This document shows, piece after piece, positions 7,912 through 16,784 of a stretch of 46,620 nt of DNA; the stretch's first letter is position 1, and the number at the start of each line of letters is the position of its first letter. The DNA lies in the sequence record SRR20825019_215; one strand, written 5' to 3'. The translations under genes and the position numbers were made by a program. The notes beneath the pieces are model-generated. The model did no database searches and was not told the DNA's origin. It was given only the letters and a program-made list of their open reading frames with translations.

Positions 7912-8997
7912 ATGACAACGCCCAACTTACCCCAATCCACCCATGACGCACCCCTGCGCCTGCGGACGCTGGGCAACTCGGGGCTGTTTGTATCGGAACT
8001 GTGCCTGGGCACCATGACCTTCGGCGGCGGGGACGACATGTGGGGGCTGATCGGCCAGTTGCAGCAGGAACAGGCCGACGAGCTGATGAAGACAGCCCTG
8101 GAGGCGGGCATCAACTTTATCGATACCGCCAACGTGTATGGTGGTGGTGCCAGTGAGCGCATCGTGGGCCAATCTCTGAAGAATCTGGACGTCCGCCGCG
8201 AAGATGTCGTACTGGCCACCAAGGTGCTCGGCCCAATGGGCGAAGGTCCCAATGCCCGTGGCGCTTCCCGTGGCCACATCATGAGCGAGTGCAAGGCCAG
8301 CCTGCGGCGACTGCAAACCGACTACATCGATCTTTACCAGATCCACGGCTTCGACCCGGCCACGCCGATAGAAGAGACCCTGGAGGCGCTGAATACCCTG
8401 GTGCAGCACGGCCACGTCCGTTACGTTGGCCTGTCGAACTGGGCCGCCTGGCAGGTGATGAAAGCCGTTGGCATTACCCGAGCCCGCCGCCTGTGCCCGA
8501 TTCTGTCGCTGCAGGCTTACTACACCCTCGTGGGCCGGGATCTCGAACGGGAAGTGATCCCCATGCTGGAGTCCGAAAACATCGGCTTGATGGTGTGGAG
8601 CCCGCTGGCAGGCGGCTATCTCTCCGGCAAGTACGAAGGGCCGGACGCCTCCGAGGAGAGCCGGCGCGCCAAGTTTGATTTCCCGCCCGTCAACCGGGAG
8701 CGTGGCAGTGCTGTCATCGCCGTGATGCGGGAGATCGCCACCGGCAAGAAGGTCGACGGCCAGCCCGTCAGTGTGGCTCAGATTGCGCTTGCCTGGCTGC
8801 TGCACCAGAACGCCGTAACCAGTGTGATTGTCGGGGCCAAGCGGGTAGACCAGTTGCGGGACAATCTCCTGGCGGCACAGGTCCGGTTCTCAGCCGACGA
8901 ACTGGCAGCCCTGGATGAGGTCAGCCGCCTACCGACGGAGTATCCGGGCTGGATGCTGGAGCGACAGGGGGAGTATCGGGCGCATATGAAGGCGTGA
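7912..8997 (+). CDS. Aldo/keto reductase
   Basis: LCLGTMTFG, DTANVY, DYIDLYQIH and WSPLAGG motifs. Confidence 0.95.
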   Translation: MTTPNLPQSTHDAPLRLRTLGNSGLFVSELCLGTMTFGGGDDMWGLIGQLQQEQADELMKTALEAGINFIDTANVYGGGASERIVGQSLKNLDVRREDVVLATKVLGPMGEGPNARGASRGHIMSECKASLRRLQTDYIDLYQIHGFDPATPIEETLEALNTLVQHGHVRYVGLSNWAAWQVMKAVGITRARRLCPILSLQAYYTLVGRDLEREVIPMLESENIGLMVWSPLAGGYLSGKYEGPDASEESRRAKFDFPPVNRERGSAVIAVMREIATGKKVDGQPVSVAQIALAWLLHQNAVTSVIVGAKRVDQLRDNLLAAQVRFSADELAALDEVSRLPTEYPGWMLERQGEYRAHMKA

Positions 8998-9117
8998 TAT
9001 TCGACCCGGGAGCATTGGCGGTGCTCACGGAAGGTGTCCGTGGCAGCTTGTCAGTAGGCCGCCATCATGCTTCACTTTCCGGGTTCGTACCTACACACCC
9101 CAACCGGAGACGACCCT

Positions 9118-9798
9118 ATGTCCACCCCAGTCACTGCCAGTTCAATAATGCCACCCATGACCCGGTGGCTTTGGCTGGTGTTACTTAGTGTCGCGCTGCT
9201 GGGCGGTTGTTCCTCGCTGTACTACAACACCATGGAAAAGCTCGGCTTTGAAAAGCGCGACATCCTGGTGGACCGGGTGGAAAATGCCCGAGACAGCCAG
9301 AACGATGCCCAGGAGACGTTCCGCTCGTCCCTTGAACGTTTCCAGAGCGTGGTGGACACGCCGGATACCGATCTCAAGGAGCGCTACACCGAGATCAGCG
9401 ATGCCTACGAAGACAGCAAGTCCAGCGCGGAAGATGTCCGTGACCGTATCGACAAGGTGGAAGACGTTGCAGAAGCCCTCTTCGATGAATGGGAAGACGA
9501 ACTCGGTGAATACGAAAGCGACTCCCTGCGCCGCAGCAGCGAACAACAGCTTGATGAAACCCGCACCCAGTACAGCCAGTTGATCAGCCGCATGCACGAT
9601 GCCGAGGAGCGCATGGACCCGGTACTGGAGGCATTTCAGGATCAGGTGCTGTATCTCAAGCACAATCTGAACGCCCAGGCGATCGGCTCGCTGGAGAATG
9701 AGCTGGTGGGTATCCGCCAGGACGTGGATGCGCTGATTCGCAATATGGAGCAGTCGATTGCGGAATCCGAGGCATTTATCCGGCGTTTTCGTCAGTAA
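9118..9798 (+). CDS. DUF2959-like coiled-coil lipoprotein
   Basis: LGGC lipobox; YY..MEKLGFEKRDILVDRV and DQVLYLKHNLNAQAI motifs. Confidence 0.85.
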   Translation: MSTPVTASSIMPPMTRWLWLVLLSVALLGGCSSLYYNTMEKLGFEKRDILVDRVENARDSQNDAQETFRSSLERFQSVVDTPDTDLKERYTEISDAYEDSKSSAEDVRDRIDKVEDVAEALFDEWEDELGEYESDSLRRSSEQQLDETRTQYSQLISRMHDAEERMDPVLEAFQDQVLYLKHNLNAQAIGSLENELVGIRQDVDALIRNMEQSIAESEAFIRRFRQ

Positions 9799-9815
9799 GT
9801 CAGAGCGACGAAGCC

Positions 9816-10112
9816 CTATAGCAAATGCCCCTCGGGCAACATGCGCTTATGAAGGATCCGGATAATTTCAGTTGCACCGTCTGCAGCTAACCGATAAAAA
9901 ATGATATGGCTGCCCTGAGGGTATTGCTGGTAGCCAGGGCTGATTTCGTGGCAGGCCCGCCCCAGGTTCGGGTTTTCGCCCAGGAGGTGGAAACACTGGT
10001 CGAACTGAAGGAGGTAATGATTTCGTTGATCTCGACCCCACTTACGTTCCGTGTAAAGTGCAATCGATCTAAGATCAGCTTTGGCCTTCCTGGAAAGCTT
10101 GAAGTTTGGCAT
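9816..10112 (-). CDS. parE: ParE/RelE family type II toxin
   Basis: LSRKAKADL..I..YT..KWG, NPNLGR, HIIFYR and IIRILH motifs. Confidence 0.93.
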   Translation of the reverse strand: MPNFKLSRKAKADLRSIALYTERKWGRDQRNHYLLQFDQCFHLLGENPNLGRACHEISPGYQQYPQGSHIIFYRLAADGATEIIRILHKRMLPEGHLL

Positions 10113-10351
10113 TATCGTTTTTCGCTATCCAGCTCCTGAATGAATGAATCGTAGGAGTAGTCTTCAAAACCACTGTCCTCTCCTTCCTTAAGTAATTTTC
10201 GGAGTGTTGTCAGACGGGTTTCAGACTCTTCAAGCAGGCGCAACCCTGCACGTACAACTTCGCTGGTCGAGCTGTATCGGCCATTTTTGAGCTGTTCTGT
10301 AATGAACGCATCAAAGTGTTGGCCTAAAGTGATGCTGGTATTCTTTTGCAT
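10112..10351 (-). CDS. parD: ParD (CC2985-like) ribbon-helix-helix antitoxin
   Basis: NTSITLG.HF..FI and GRYSSTSEVVRAGLRLLE motifs; overlaps the toxin start. Confidence 0.93.
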   Translation of the reverse strand: MQKNTSITLGQHFDAFITEQLKNGRYSSTSEVVRAGLRLLEESETRLTTLRKLLKEGEDSGFEDYSYDSFIQELDSEKR

Positions 10352-10367
10352 CGTGACACCTCACTGG

Positions 10368-10382
10368 TACCAATAATTGGTA
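10368..10382. promoter_or_regulatory. Palindromic putative ParD operator
   Basis: TACCAAT-A-ATTGGTA just upstream of parD. Confidence 0.55.
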
Positions 10383-10445
10383 TATTTTGATCTAGACTGG
10401 GGTGCATTTCAATCCGTGCGATGCCTCCCTTATCACCGCCACCCG

Positions 10446-10657
10446 CAGAGTCAGAGCGACAAAGTGTCGAAGGTGCCTTCGACGGCCTCCACAAAGCTGC
10501 GCTCCTATATTGAAAGGGGGCAAGTTCGTGTCTGATGCCGGGAACGCCCCGCTACGCCAAGAGCCCGGTGCGGGACGAGGAAACCTACCGTAAGAAACTG
10601 GCGATCACTCAGGGATACTTCCGGCCAGACTGGTCGGTTCTGGATCGGTTTTCCTAA
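10446..10657 (+). pseudogene. Relic fragments of NIPSNAP 3' end and methyltransferase 5' end (diverged second copy)
   Basis: 10446-10504 resembles 12537-12606; 10547-10644 resembles 13048-13145 and encodes PRYAKSPVRDEETYRKKLAITQGYFRPDWSVL before a stop. Confidence 0.85.
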
Positions 10658-10715
10658 TCGCCCGGAAGTGACTCGTTAACTTCAATCATTGCTCAAAGGT
10701 AAAATTACAATGTGA

Positions 10716-10743
10716 TGTCGATTTCACATGCTCCGGTTCGACT
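10716..10743 (+). promoter_or_regulatory. Putative ECF42-type promoter TGTCGA-N17-CGACT
   Basis: Exact motif and spacing, about 50 bp upstream of the GST gene. Confidence 0.65.
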
Positions 10744-10794
10744 TAATTAAGAACCCATCGAACAAACGGTGCCCACGCATCGGAGGAGCAGGAA

Positions 10795-11427
10795 ATGCTG
10801 AAATTATATGGAACACCCCCAACCCGTGCCTTGCGCGTTGTCTGGCTGCTTAACGAACTGGGCCTTGAGCACGAACTGCACCCGGTAGACCTTATGCAGG
10901 ATGAGCATCACCAACAGGACTTTCTTTCTCTCAACCCTGCCGCCAAGGTGCCGGTATTGGTGGATGGAAACCTTGTGTTAACTGAATCAGCCGCAATCCA
11001 GCTCTACCTGGCAGAAAAATACCCTCAGGCCGGATTCATTCCCGAGACATTGGAAGACAGGGCACAGATGTACCGCTGGATGTTCTTCCTTGTGACCGAG
11101 GTCGAACAACCATTGTGGCGAATCGCCCGCCACACGTTCGTTTACCCGGACGAGAAGCGAATACCTCAGGATGTCGAGCTGGCGAGACAGGAATGCCTGG
11201 AAATGATAGCGGTGCTTGAACGGCACATGTCGGAACGCGAGTTCATGGTTGGCGACCGGCTAAGCGTGGCGGATTTCAACGCGGCATATACACTGGACTG
11301 GGCCAACACAGAGGAGGTGCTTGAGAGCGCTCCGCGGTTGCGGGACTATCTCAAGGCAATGTTCGCCCGCCCCACAGCTCCGCCAACCATCGCTGAAGCG
11401 TTCGCTGCGATGGAAAGCAGCGGCTGA
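10795..11427 (+). CDS. Glutathione S-transferase family protein
   Basis: LNPAAKVPVL, LTESAAI..YLA and GDRLSVAD motifs. Confidence 0.93.
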   Translation: MLKLYGTPPTRALRVVWLLNELGLEHELHPVDLMQDEHHQQDFLSLNPAAKVPVLVDGNLVLTESAAIQLYLAEKYPQAGFIPETLEDRAQMYRWMFFLVTEVEQPLWRIARHTFVYPDEKRIPQDVELARQECLEMIAVLERHMSEREFMVGDRLSVADFNAAYTLDWANTEEVLESAPRLRDYLKAMFARPTAPPTIAEAFAAMESSG

Positions 11428-11475
11428 GGGTTAACAGGGGTACTGTCCATGGCCTTCGGAAACGCTTCGCCACAA

Positions 11476-12177
11476 TCACACCTCACTCCAGCGTGCCGCA
11501 CCCAACCAGCGGCACAAGGCTGTGGCGCCTTTCGCAGTCACTTTTAATTCGCGACCTGCCTCACGCCGTCGCAGATAGTCGTTATCGAGCAGGTGGTTGC
11601 AAATTTGCTGTCCCAAAGGGCCGGCTATGTGAAACCGGCGCTCGCTCCAGTCGAGACATGGGCGACACAAAGACACGGAGTTAACAGATTGGGGCTGGCC
11701 GAACGACAATCCAATGGGCGCCAATGCTGCCTGCAGCCGGTCTGTTAGAGCGCCCCCATCAGGTTCGAGCACAATGGCTTGCTCTGCCACCAAATAGTCT
11801 GCAACGGCAACACCCAGGCGACCACCAAGATGGTCGTAACACATCCTTGCCCGCCTCATGCCGGGATCGCGTGGACCGGTATCGACCCTGGGCGGTTTCC
11901 GGCCCAACGCGGCGACCTGCATGATGCCCTCCAGCATTGTCGCCACCTCCCTTGACGCCAGGCGATGGTATCGATGCCGCCCTTGTTTCAGCAACACCAA
12001 CAACTCCGCCTCAACCAGAAGCGACAGGTGACCGCTGGCGGTCTGAGGAGAAACCCCTCCTATTCTCGCCAACTCATGCGCGGTATACGCACGGCCATCC
12101 ATGAGTGCCAGCAACATGGTAGCGCGGGCAGGAACTCCCACTAGTGACGCTATTCGGGCAATTTCGTTCGTGTTCAC
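11476..12177 (-). CDS. ArsR/SmtB family winged-helix regulator with C-terminal extension
   Basis: PARATMLLALMDGR, TASGHL, QGRHRY, RMCYDHLGG and CLDWSERR.H motifs. Confidence 0.88.
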   Translation of the reverse strand: MNTNEIARIASLVGVPARATMLLALMDGRAYTAHELARIGGVSPQTASGHLSLLVEAELLVLLKQGRHRYHRLASREVATMLEGIMQVAALGRKPPRVDTGPRDPGMRRARMCYDHLGGRLGVAVADYLVAEQAIVLEPDGGALTDRLQAALAPIGLSFGQPQSVNSVSLCRPCLDWSERRFHIAGPLGQQICNHLLDNDYLRRREAGRELKVTAKGATALCRWLGAARWSEV

Positions 12178-12521
12178 GAGTTATGATGAGCCTTTGAATC
12201 GTTAGGCGCTGCTGATCGATCAGAAAGCCCATAATTCCGGACAACGTCCGCCACTCTCAACCGATAGTCGGAAAAGATATCACTCCGTCCTTTTGCCTGG
12301 GCGTGACGATGGGCTTCCATGTTCCGCCATTGCGCAATGGCGGCTTCATCCCGCCAGAGCGACAGGGACAGTATCCGGCCAGGGTGCGTGAGGCTCTCGA
12401 AACGCTCAATGGATATGAAGCCGTCTATTTGTTCTAACAGCGGCGCCAACGCGGCTGCTTCATCGAGGTATTCGGCGGTTTTACCCGGGCGTGGTTCCAA
12501 CTCAAATATCACTGCCAACAT
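12174..12521 (-). CDS. ABM family monooxygenase
   Basis: MLAVIFE, DGFISIERF and H..AQ.KGR motifs; GGAG RBS. Confidence 0.88.
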   Translation of the reverse strand: MLAVIFELEPRPGKTAEYLDEAAALAPLLEQIDGFISIERFESLTHPGRILSLSLWRDEAAIAQWRNMEAHRHAQAKGRSDIFSDYRLRVADVVRNYGLSDRSAAPNDSKAHHNS

Positions 12522-12522
12522 T

Positions 12523-12882
12523 TTAGATCTCCTCCACAGAGTCAGAGCGACGACGTGTTGAAGGTACATTCACGGTGCCTTCGGCGGCTTCCACAAAGCT
12601 GCGCTCTTCCCGTAGTATAAAGCGCAGGGATTCAGCGAGCGCAAAGTTCCTTTTCCCGGCCTCATCCGCCTTCAGGCGACACCGATACGATTCGTAGCTT
12701 GCAAGAGAATCAAACCCGATAAGGCCCCAGGCGATGTCGTTGGTTCCTTCCGAGGGCAGGAAGTAGCCGATCAAGTCACCGCCGCAACGTGGAATGATGT
12801 CACCCCAGTTTTTGGCGTAAACTTTAAACTGCTCTTTCTGGAACGGGTCTATCTGATAGCGAATGACGCAAACGATGGGCAT
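12523..12882 (-). CDS. NIPSNAP family protein
   Basis: [15 protein letters not shown] and F.SLA.YE.YR motifs. Confidence 0.88.
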   Translation of the reverse strand: MPIVCVIRYQIDPFQKEQFKVYAKNWGDIIPRCGGDLIGYFLPSEGTNDIAWGLIGFDSLASYESYRCRLKADEAGKRNFALAESLRFILREERSFVEAAEGTVNVPSTRRRSDSVEEI

Positions 12883-12943
12883 TGAAAGCCTCCTGAACCG
12901 TTAGTTTAGGCGCCTATTGTGCAACTTAATTCAATGCGAATGT

Positions 12944-12959
12944 TTCGCTGTGGACCGAA
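12944..12959. promoter_or_regulatory. Possible operator TTCG-N8-CGAA upstream of the NIPSNAP-ABM-ArsR operon
   Basis: Short palindrome in the divergent promoter region. Confidence 0.35.
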
Positions 12960-13011
12960 GTGAATCCGGGACAGATTTTACTGACAGCCTGCTTACAGGA
13001 GCGTTTGCACG

Positions 13012-13626
13012 ATGAAGGCCTCAAAGGAATTCTGGGACAAGAGCGCACCCCGATATGCGAAAAGCCCGGTGCGGGACGAGGAAACCTACCGGAAAAAACT
13101 CGACATCACCCAAGGATATTTCCGGCCAGACTGGTCGGTACTGGAGTTCGGCTGTGGAACCGGCAGCACTGCCCTGGTTCATGCGCCCTATGTAAAAGAA
13201 ATTCTTGCGACCGACATATCCGGCAAAATGCTGGACATCGCCACGCAGAAAGCCCGCGATGCTGGTGTCGAGAACGTGCGCTTTCAGCAGGGCACCATGG
13301 AAACCCTGGCGCTGGAGGCGGAAACCTTTGATGCGGTGCTGGGGCTCAATATTCTCCATCTGCTGGACAACCCCGAAACGGCGATTGCCCGGGTTCATGA
13401 ACTGCTGAAACCCGGTGGCGTTTTTGTTTCCAGCACCGCCCTGGTGGGCGAACTGATGGTGCTCTGGCGGCTGTTGATTCCTGCCATGCAGGCGATGGGA
13501 TTGGCGCCGTTTGTGAACCGCTTTAGCCGGCAGTCACTGGTGACGATGCTGGCCAAGGCAGGGTTCAGCATCGATTATGAATGGCAGCCGGGTAAGTCGT
13601 CAGTGTTTTTGGTGGCCCGGAAGTAA
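13012..13626 (+). CDS. Class I SAM-dependent methyltransferase
   Basis: VLEFGCGTG, TDIS..ML, FDAV and LLKPGG motifs. Confidence 0.93.
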   Translation: MKASKEFWDKSAPRYAKSPVRDEETYRKKLDITQGYFRPDWSVLEFGCGTGSTALVHAPYVKEILATDISGKMLDIATQKARDAGVENVRFQQGTMETLALEAETFDAVLGLNILHLLDNPETAIARVHELLKPGGVFVSSTALVGELMVLWRLLIPAMQAMGLAPFVNRFSRQSLVTMLAKAGFSIDYEWQPGKSSVFLVARK

Positions 13627-13668
13627 CCCTGTCAACAGAGACCCCTGTTGGCTCAACGAGGATTTAGT

Positions 13669-13881
13669 ATGGCAGAAGTACCACAGAAACAGTCCGGAAC
13701 CAGCGGCTACTCCTGGAAACTGTCTGCCGTTGCAGCCGTGGCGTCTGTCATCGGCGCGGTAGTCTCGTTCGGGGAGGTATCACCAATCATCACCGGGTTG
13801 ATTCTCCTTGCCGCCGTTGGCTGGGGCTTTACCGCACGGGACAACAAACGAGCGGCGGAACAGGCAAAAGACGCACAATAA
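13669..13881 (+). CDS. Small 2-TM hypothetical protein
   Basis: GAGGA RBS, two hydrophobic segments, fills the intergenic gap. Confidence 0.6.
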   Translation: MAEVPQKQSGTSGYSWKLSAVAAVASVIGAVVSFGEVSPIITGLILLAAVGWGFTARDNKRAAEQAKDAQ

Positions 13882-13909
13882 ACGACATCCCTGAAATTTT
13901 TTCTTCCCC

Positions 13910-13937
13910 TGTCGATTTCGTCCCGCCCCACCCGACT
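13910..13937 (+). promoter_or_regulatory. Putative ECF42-type promoter TGTCGA-N17-CGACT
   Basis: Exact motif and spacing upstream of the YciI-PhnB fusion gene. Confidence 0.7.
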
Positions 13938-13976
13938 AACCAGTGAAACAACCAACAATCACTGGAGAACGACGAC

Positions 13977-14798
13977 ATGAAATACATGCTGATGCGCAAG
14001 GCCGATGTGGACACCGAGAACGGCGTAATGCCCACGGACGACCTCTTGCAGGCGATGGCTGACTACAATGAGCGAATGACGCAGGCCGGGGTGTTTACCG
14101 ATGGCAATGGTCTACGTCCCACACGGGAAGGATGTCGCATTCAGTTCCGCAACGGCGAGCCCACCGTTATCAACGGCCCCTTCGAGCAAACCCGCGAGCT
14201 GCTGGCCGGCTACAGTGTGCTTGAGGTGGATTCTTTTGAAGACGCCATCGCCTGGGCAAAACAGTGGCCAAAAGAGGATGCTGGCGGCAATGTCACCCTT
14301 GAGTTACGCCGTTACTTTACGCTGGAGGATTTCGCGCCCAGCCCCGCACTTGAGAAGCATCGTTCGCAGGAAAAACTGCCACGGGAGATGAACGTGCACG
14401 TGGCGTTTGGCGGCAACTGCCGGGAAGCCATGGAATTCTATGCGGAGGTCACCGCCGGCACTCTCGAAGCCGTGATTACCTACGGCGAAACGCCAGCGGC
14501 AGAGGATGTGCCGAAGGAAATGCACGACCGCGTTGTTCATTCCTCCCTTAACATCCGTGGCCGTCGGCTGATGGGGGCGGATATGGCGGGAGACTGTTAT
14601 CAGGCGCCGCAGGGTACGCAGATCCACCTTGAATACGATGATACCGAGCAGGCGGAGCGGGTTTTCCGGGCACTGTCCGAAGGAGGCGCAGAGATCATGC
14701 CGTTCGAACAGACCTTCTGGGCGCATCGTTTCGGAATGACCAAGGATCGATTTGGGGTCCAGTGGATGATCAGCAGCGGGCTTGAGCAGTGCCAGTAA
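13977..14798 (+). CDS. YciI (DGPF-like) + PhnB/VOC fusion protein
   Basis: N-terminal half has INGPF..TRELLAGY; C-terminal half has F.GNCREAMEFY and TFWA.RFGM.KDRFGVQWM. Confidence 0.85.
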   Translation: MKYMLMRKADVDTENGVMPTDDLLQAMADYNERMTQAGVFTDGNGLRPTREGCRIQFRNGEPTVINGPFEQTRELLAGYSVLEVDSFEDAIAWAKQWPKEDAGGNVTLELRRYFTLEDFAPSPALEKHRSQEKLPREMNVHVAFGGNCREAMEFYAEVTAGTLEAVITYGETPAAEDVPKEMHDRVVHSSLNIRGRRLMGADMAGDCYQAPQGTQIHLEYDDTEQAERVFRALSEGGAEIMPFEQTFWAHRFGMTKDRFGVQWMISSGLEQCQ

Positions 14799-15308
14799 AT
14801 GACAACAACCGGGAGCCATTCAATGACCAAGCGAGCGAAAAACACCATATGCCTCTGGTACAACGGCGATGCTGAGGAGGCGGCAAATTTCTACGCCAGA
14901 ACCTTCCCGGATTCGTCCGTGGATGCTGTAAATCATGCGCCGGCAGACTACCCATCAGGCTCGGAAGGGGATGTACTGACGGTGGAGTTTACCGTGCTGG
15001 GCATTCCCTGCCTCGGGCTCAATGGTGGCCCCATCTTCACGCACAGCGAAGCGTTTTCATTCCAGGTGGCCACCGCGGATCAGGAGGAAACCGATCGCTA
15101 CTGGAACGCGATTGTGGGCAACGGCGGTGAGGAAAGTGCCTGCGGCTGGTGCCGGGACAAGTGGGGTATTTCCTGGCAGATTACGCCGCAGGTGCTGTCA
15201 GACGCCATTGCCGACCCGGACCGCGCAACCGCGAAACGGGTGTTCGAGGCCATGATGACGATGGGGAAGATCGATGTTGCGGCTATTGAGGCGGCACGGC
15301 GAGGGTAG
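14799..15308 (+). CDS. VOC family protein (3-demethylubiquinone-9 3-methyltransferase/PhnB-like)
   Basis: ICLWY..DAEEAA.FY, LNGGP and CGWCRDKWGISWQI motifs; start may be 14823. Confidence 0.9.
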   Translation: MTTTGSHSMTKRAKNTICLWYNGDAEEAANFYARTFPDSSVDAVNHAPADYPSGSEGDVLTVEFTVLGIPCLGLNGGPIFTHSEAFSFQVATADQEETDRYWNAIVGNGGEESACGWCRDKWGISWQITPQVLSDAIADPDRATAKRVFEAMMTMGKIDVAAIEAARRG

Positions 15309-15322
15309 AAACACAGCTACGC

Positions 15323-16213
15323 CTACACAACCTCCGGAAACGCCGACACCAGGAAATCCACCAGCGCCCTCACCTTGGGAGTGACGAACTTGCGGGTGGG
15401 ATAGACCGCGTACACACCCAGTTCGTCGGAGCGGTAATCCGGCATCAGCTCCACCAGTCGGCCTGCGTCCAGGTCATCCTGCACCAGGAAACTGGGCTGG
15501 TGGATCACCCCTTGACCGGCCAGGGCGGCGGCACAGCAGGTTTCGCCGTTGTTGGCATGCATCCAGGGGCGTATCCGTGTGCTTAATGGTCCATCCGGAC
15601 CATCAAAATGCCAGTCGTTACCCGTGGCCAGGTTGCTGTAGGCGATGATCTTGTGATGGATCAGGTCACCGGGATGTTCTGGCGTGCCGTGGGCGCTGAG
15701 GTATCCGGGAGAGGCGCAGACAACAAGCCGCGTGGTGGTGAGACGCCGGCTGACCAGGGTGGAATTTCTCAAGCTGGCAATTCGGATCGCCAGATCAAAG
15801 CCTTCCTCAACAATATCCACAATGCGGTCGGACAGGTCGATGTTGAGTTCCACATCCGGATATTCACTATGAAATTGCCCCCACAAGGGCGCAAGGTGGC
15901 GAATGCCAAAACTCACCGGGGCATTAATGCGCAACACACCCTTGGCGACGCCGCTGCGTGAGGTCAGTTCTGCCTCCGCCTCTTCCACTCCCGCCAGCAG
16001 TTCCCGGCATCGCACGTAGAACACTTCCCCTTCCGCGGTCAGCGACAGTCGCCGGGTGGTGCGGTGAAGAAGTCGCACCCCAAGCCGGGACTCGAGTTCA
16101 CCAACGTAGCGGGATACAGCGGCTTTCGACATCCCCATTGCCTCCGAGGCGGCCACAAAACTGCTCTCGTCCACAACGGCGCAGAAGGTCTGCATCTCCA
16201 GCAATCTATCCAT
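15323..16213 (-). CDS. LysR family regulator (CrgA-like)
   Basis: LE.RLGVRLLHRTTRRLSLT.EG and D.VEEGFDLAIR motifs. Confidence 0.94.
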   Translation of the reverse strand: MDRLLEMQTFCAVVDESSFVAASEAMGMSKAAVSRYVGELESRLGVRLLHRTTRRLSLTAEGEVFYVRCRELLAGVEEAEAELTSRSGVAKGVLRINAPVSFGIRHLAPLWGQFHSEYPDVELNIDLSDRIVDIVEEGFDLAIRIASLRNSTLVSRRLTTTRLVVCASPGYLSAHGTPEHPGDLIHHKIIAYSNLATGNDWHFDGPDGPLSTRIRPWMHANNGETCCAAALAGQGVIHQPSFLVQDDLDAGRLVELMPDYRSDELGVYAVYPTRKFVTPKVRALVDFLVSAFPEVV

Positions 16214-16330
16214 TCTATTGTTCCGATTTTTGAGACAGTTAATCCAATAAAGGCATGTTTATCCCAAAATTAGATATTCGTAAAGTATCCCCATGCTCAA
16301 CACACATCTCATACACAAGGAAACAGGATC

Positions 16331-16768
16331 ATGAACAATACATTCCTCAACAAACTGCTCGACACCAACGCTGGCTGGGGCGCGCTTGCCCTGCGCATTC
16401 CCGTCGGCATCATTTTCGTGGCTCACGGCGCCCAGAAGCTGTTTGGCTGGTTCGGTGGCTACGGACTGGAAGGCACCGGGCAGTGGTTAGATTCCATCGG
16501 CCTGAGCCCGGGTTACCTCATGGCTCTTCTGGCCGGTGGCACCGAGTTCCTGGGCGGCTTGGCGCTCATTATTGGGCTACTGGTTCGCCCCGCCAGTGCA
16601 GCACTGGCCTTCGCCATGTTGATTGCCATCTTCAGCGTGCATTTCCAGAATGGCCTGTTCATGAGCAACAACGGTTATGAATTCGCGCTGGCACTACTGG
16701 CGGCTTCAGTGTCCCTGCTGTTTAGCGGTGCCGGGCACGCTTCCGTAGACCGTTTGGCAACGAAATAA
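16331..16768 (+). CDS. DoxX family membrane protein
   Basis: HGAQKLFGWFGG, EFLGG and NGYEF motifs. Confidence 0.92.
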   Translation: MNNTFLNKLLDTNAGWGALALRIPVGIIFVAHGAQKLFGWFGGYGLEGTGQWLDSIGLSPGYLMALLAGGTEFLGGLALIIGLLVRPASAALAFAMLIAIFSVHFQNGLFMSNNGYEFALALLAASVSLLFSGAGHASVDRLATK

Positions 16769-16784
16769 ACAGGAGTATCGCGCC

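Larger units (their letters stand above)
9798..10460 (+). repeat. 12-bp direct repeats AGTCAGAGCGAC flanking parDE (third copy at 12540)
   Basis: Exact copies at 9798-9809, 10449-10460 and 12540-12551. Confidence 0.75.

Noticed and set aside
7716-8805. 503-aa AraC fusion and 292-aa antisense ORF
   Set aside because: Antisense read-through of the GC-rich AKR gene; AraC has its own RBS and ATG at 7715.
10402-10593. 63-aa ORF sharing PGAGRGNLP with ORF 12960-13331
   Set aside because: Both are off-frame readings of the duplicated methyltransferase DNA, not a protein family.
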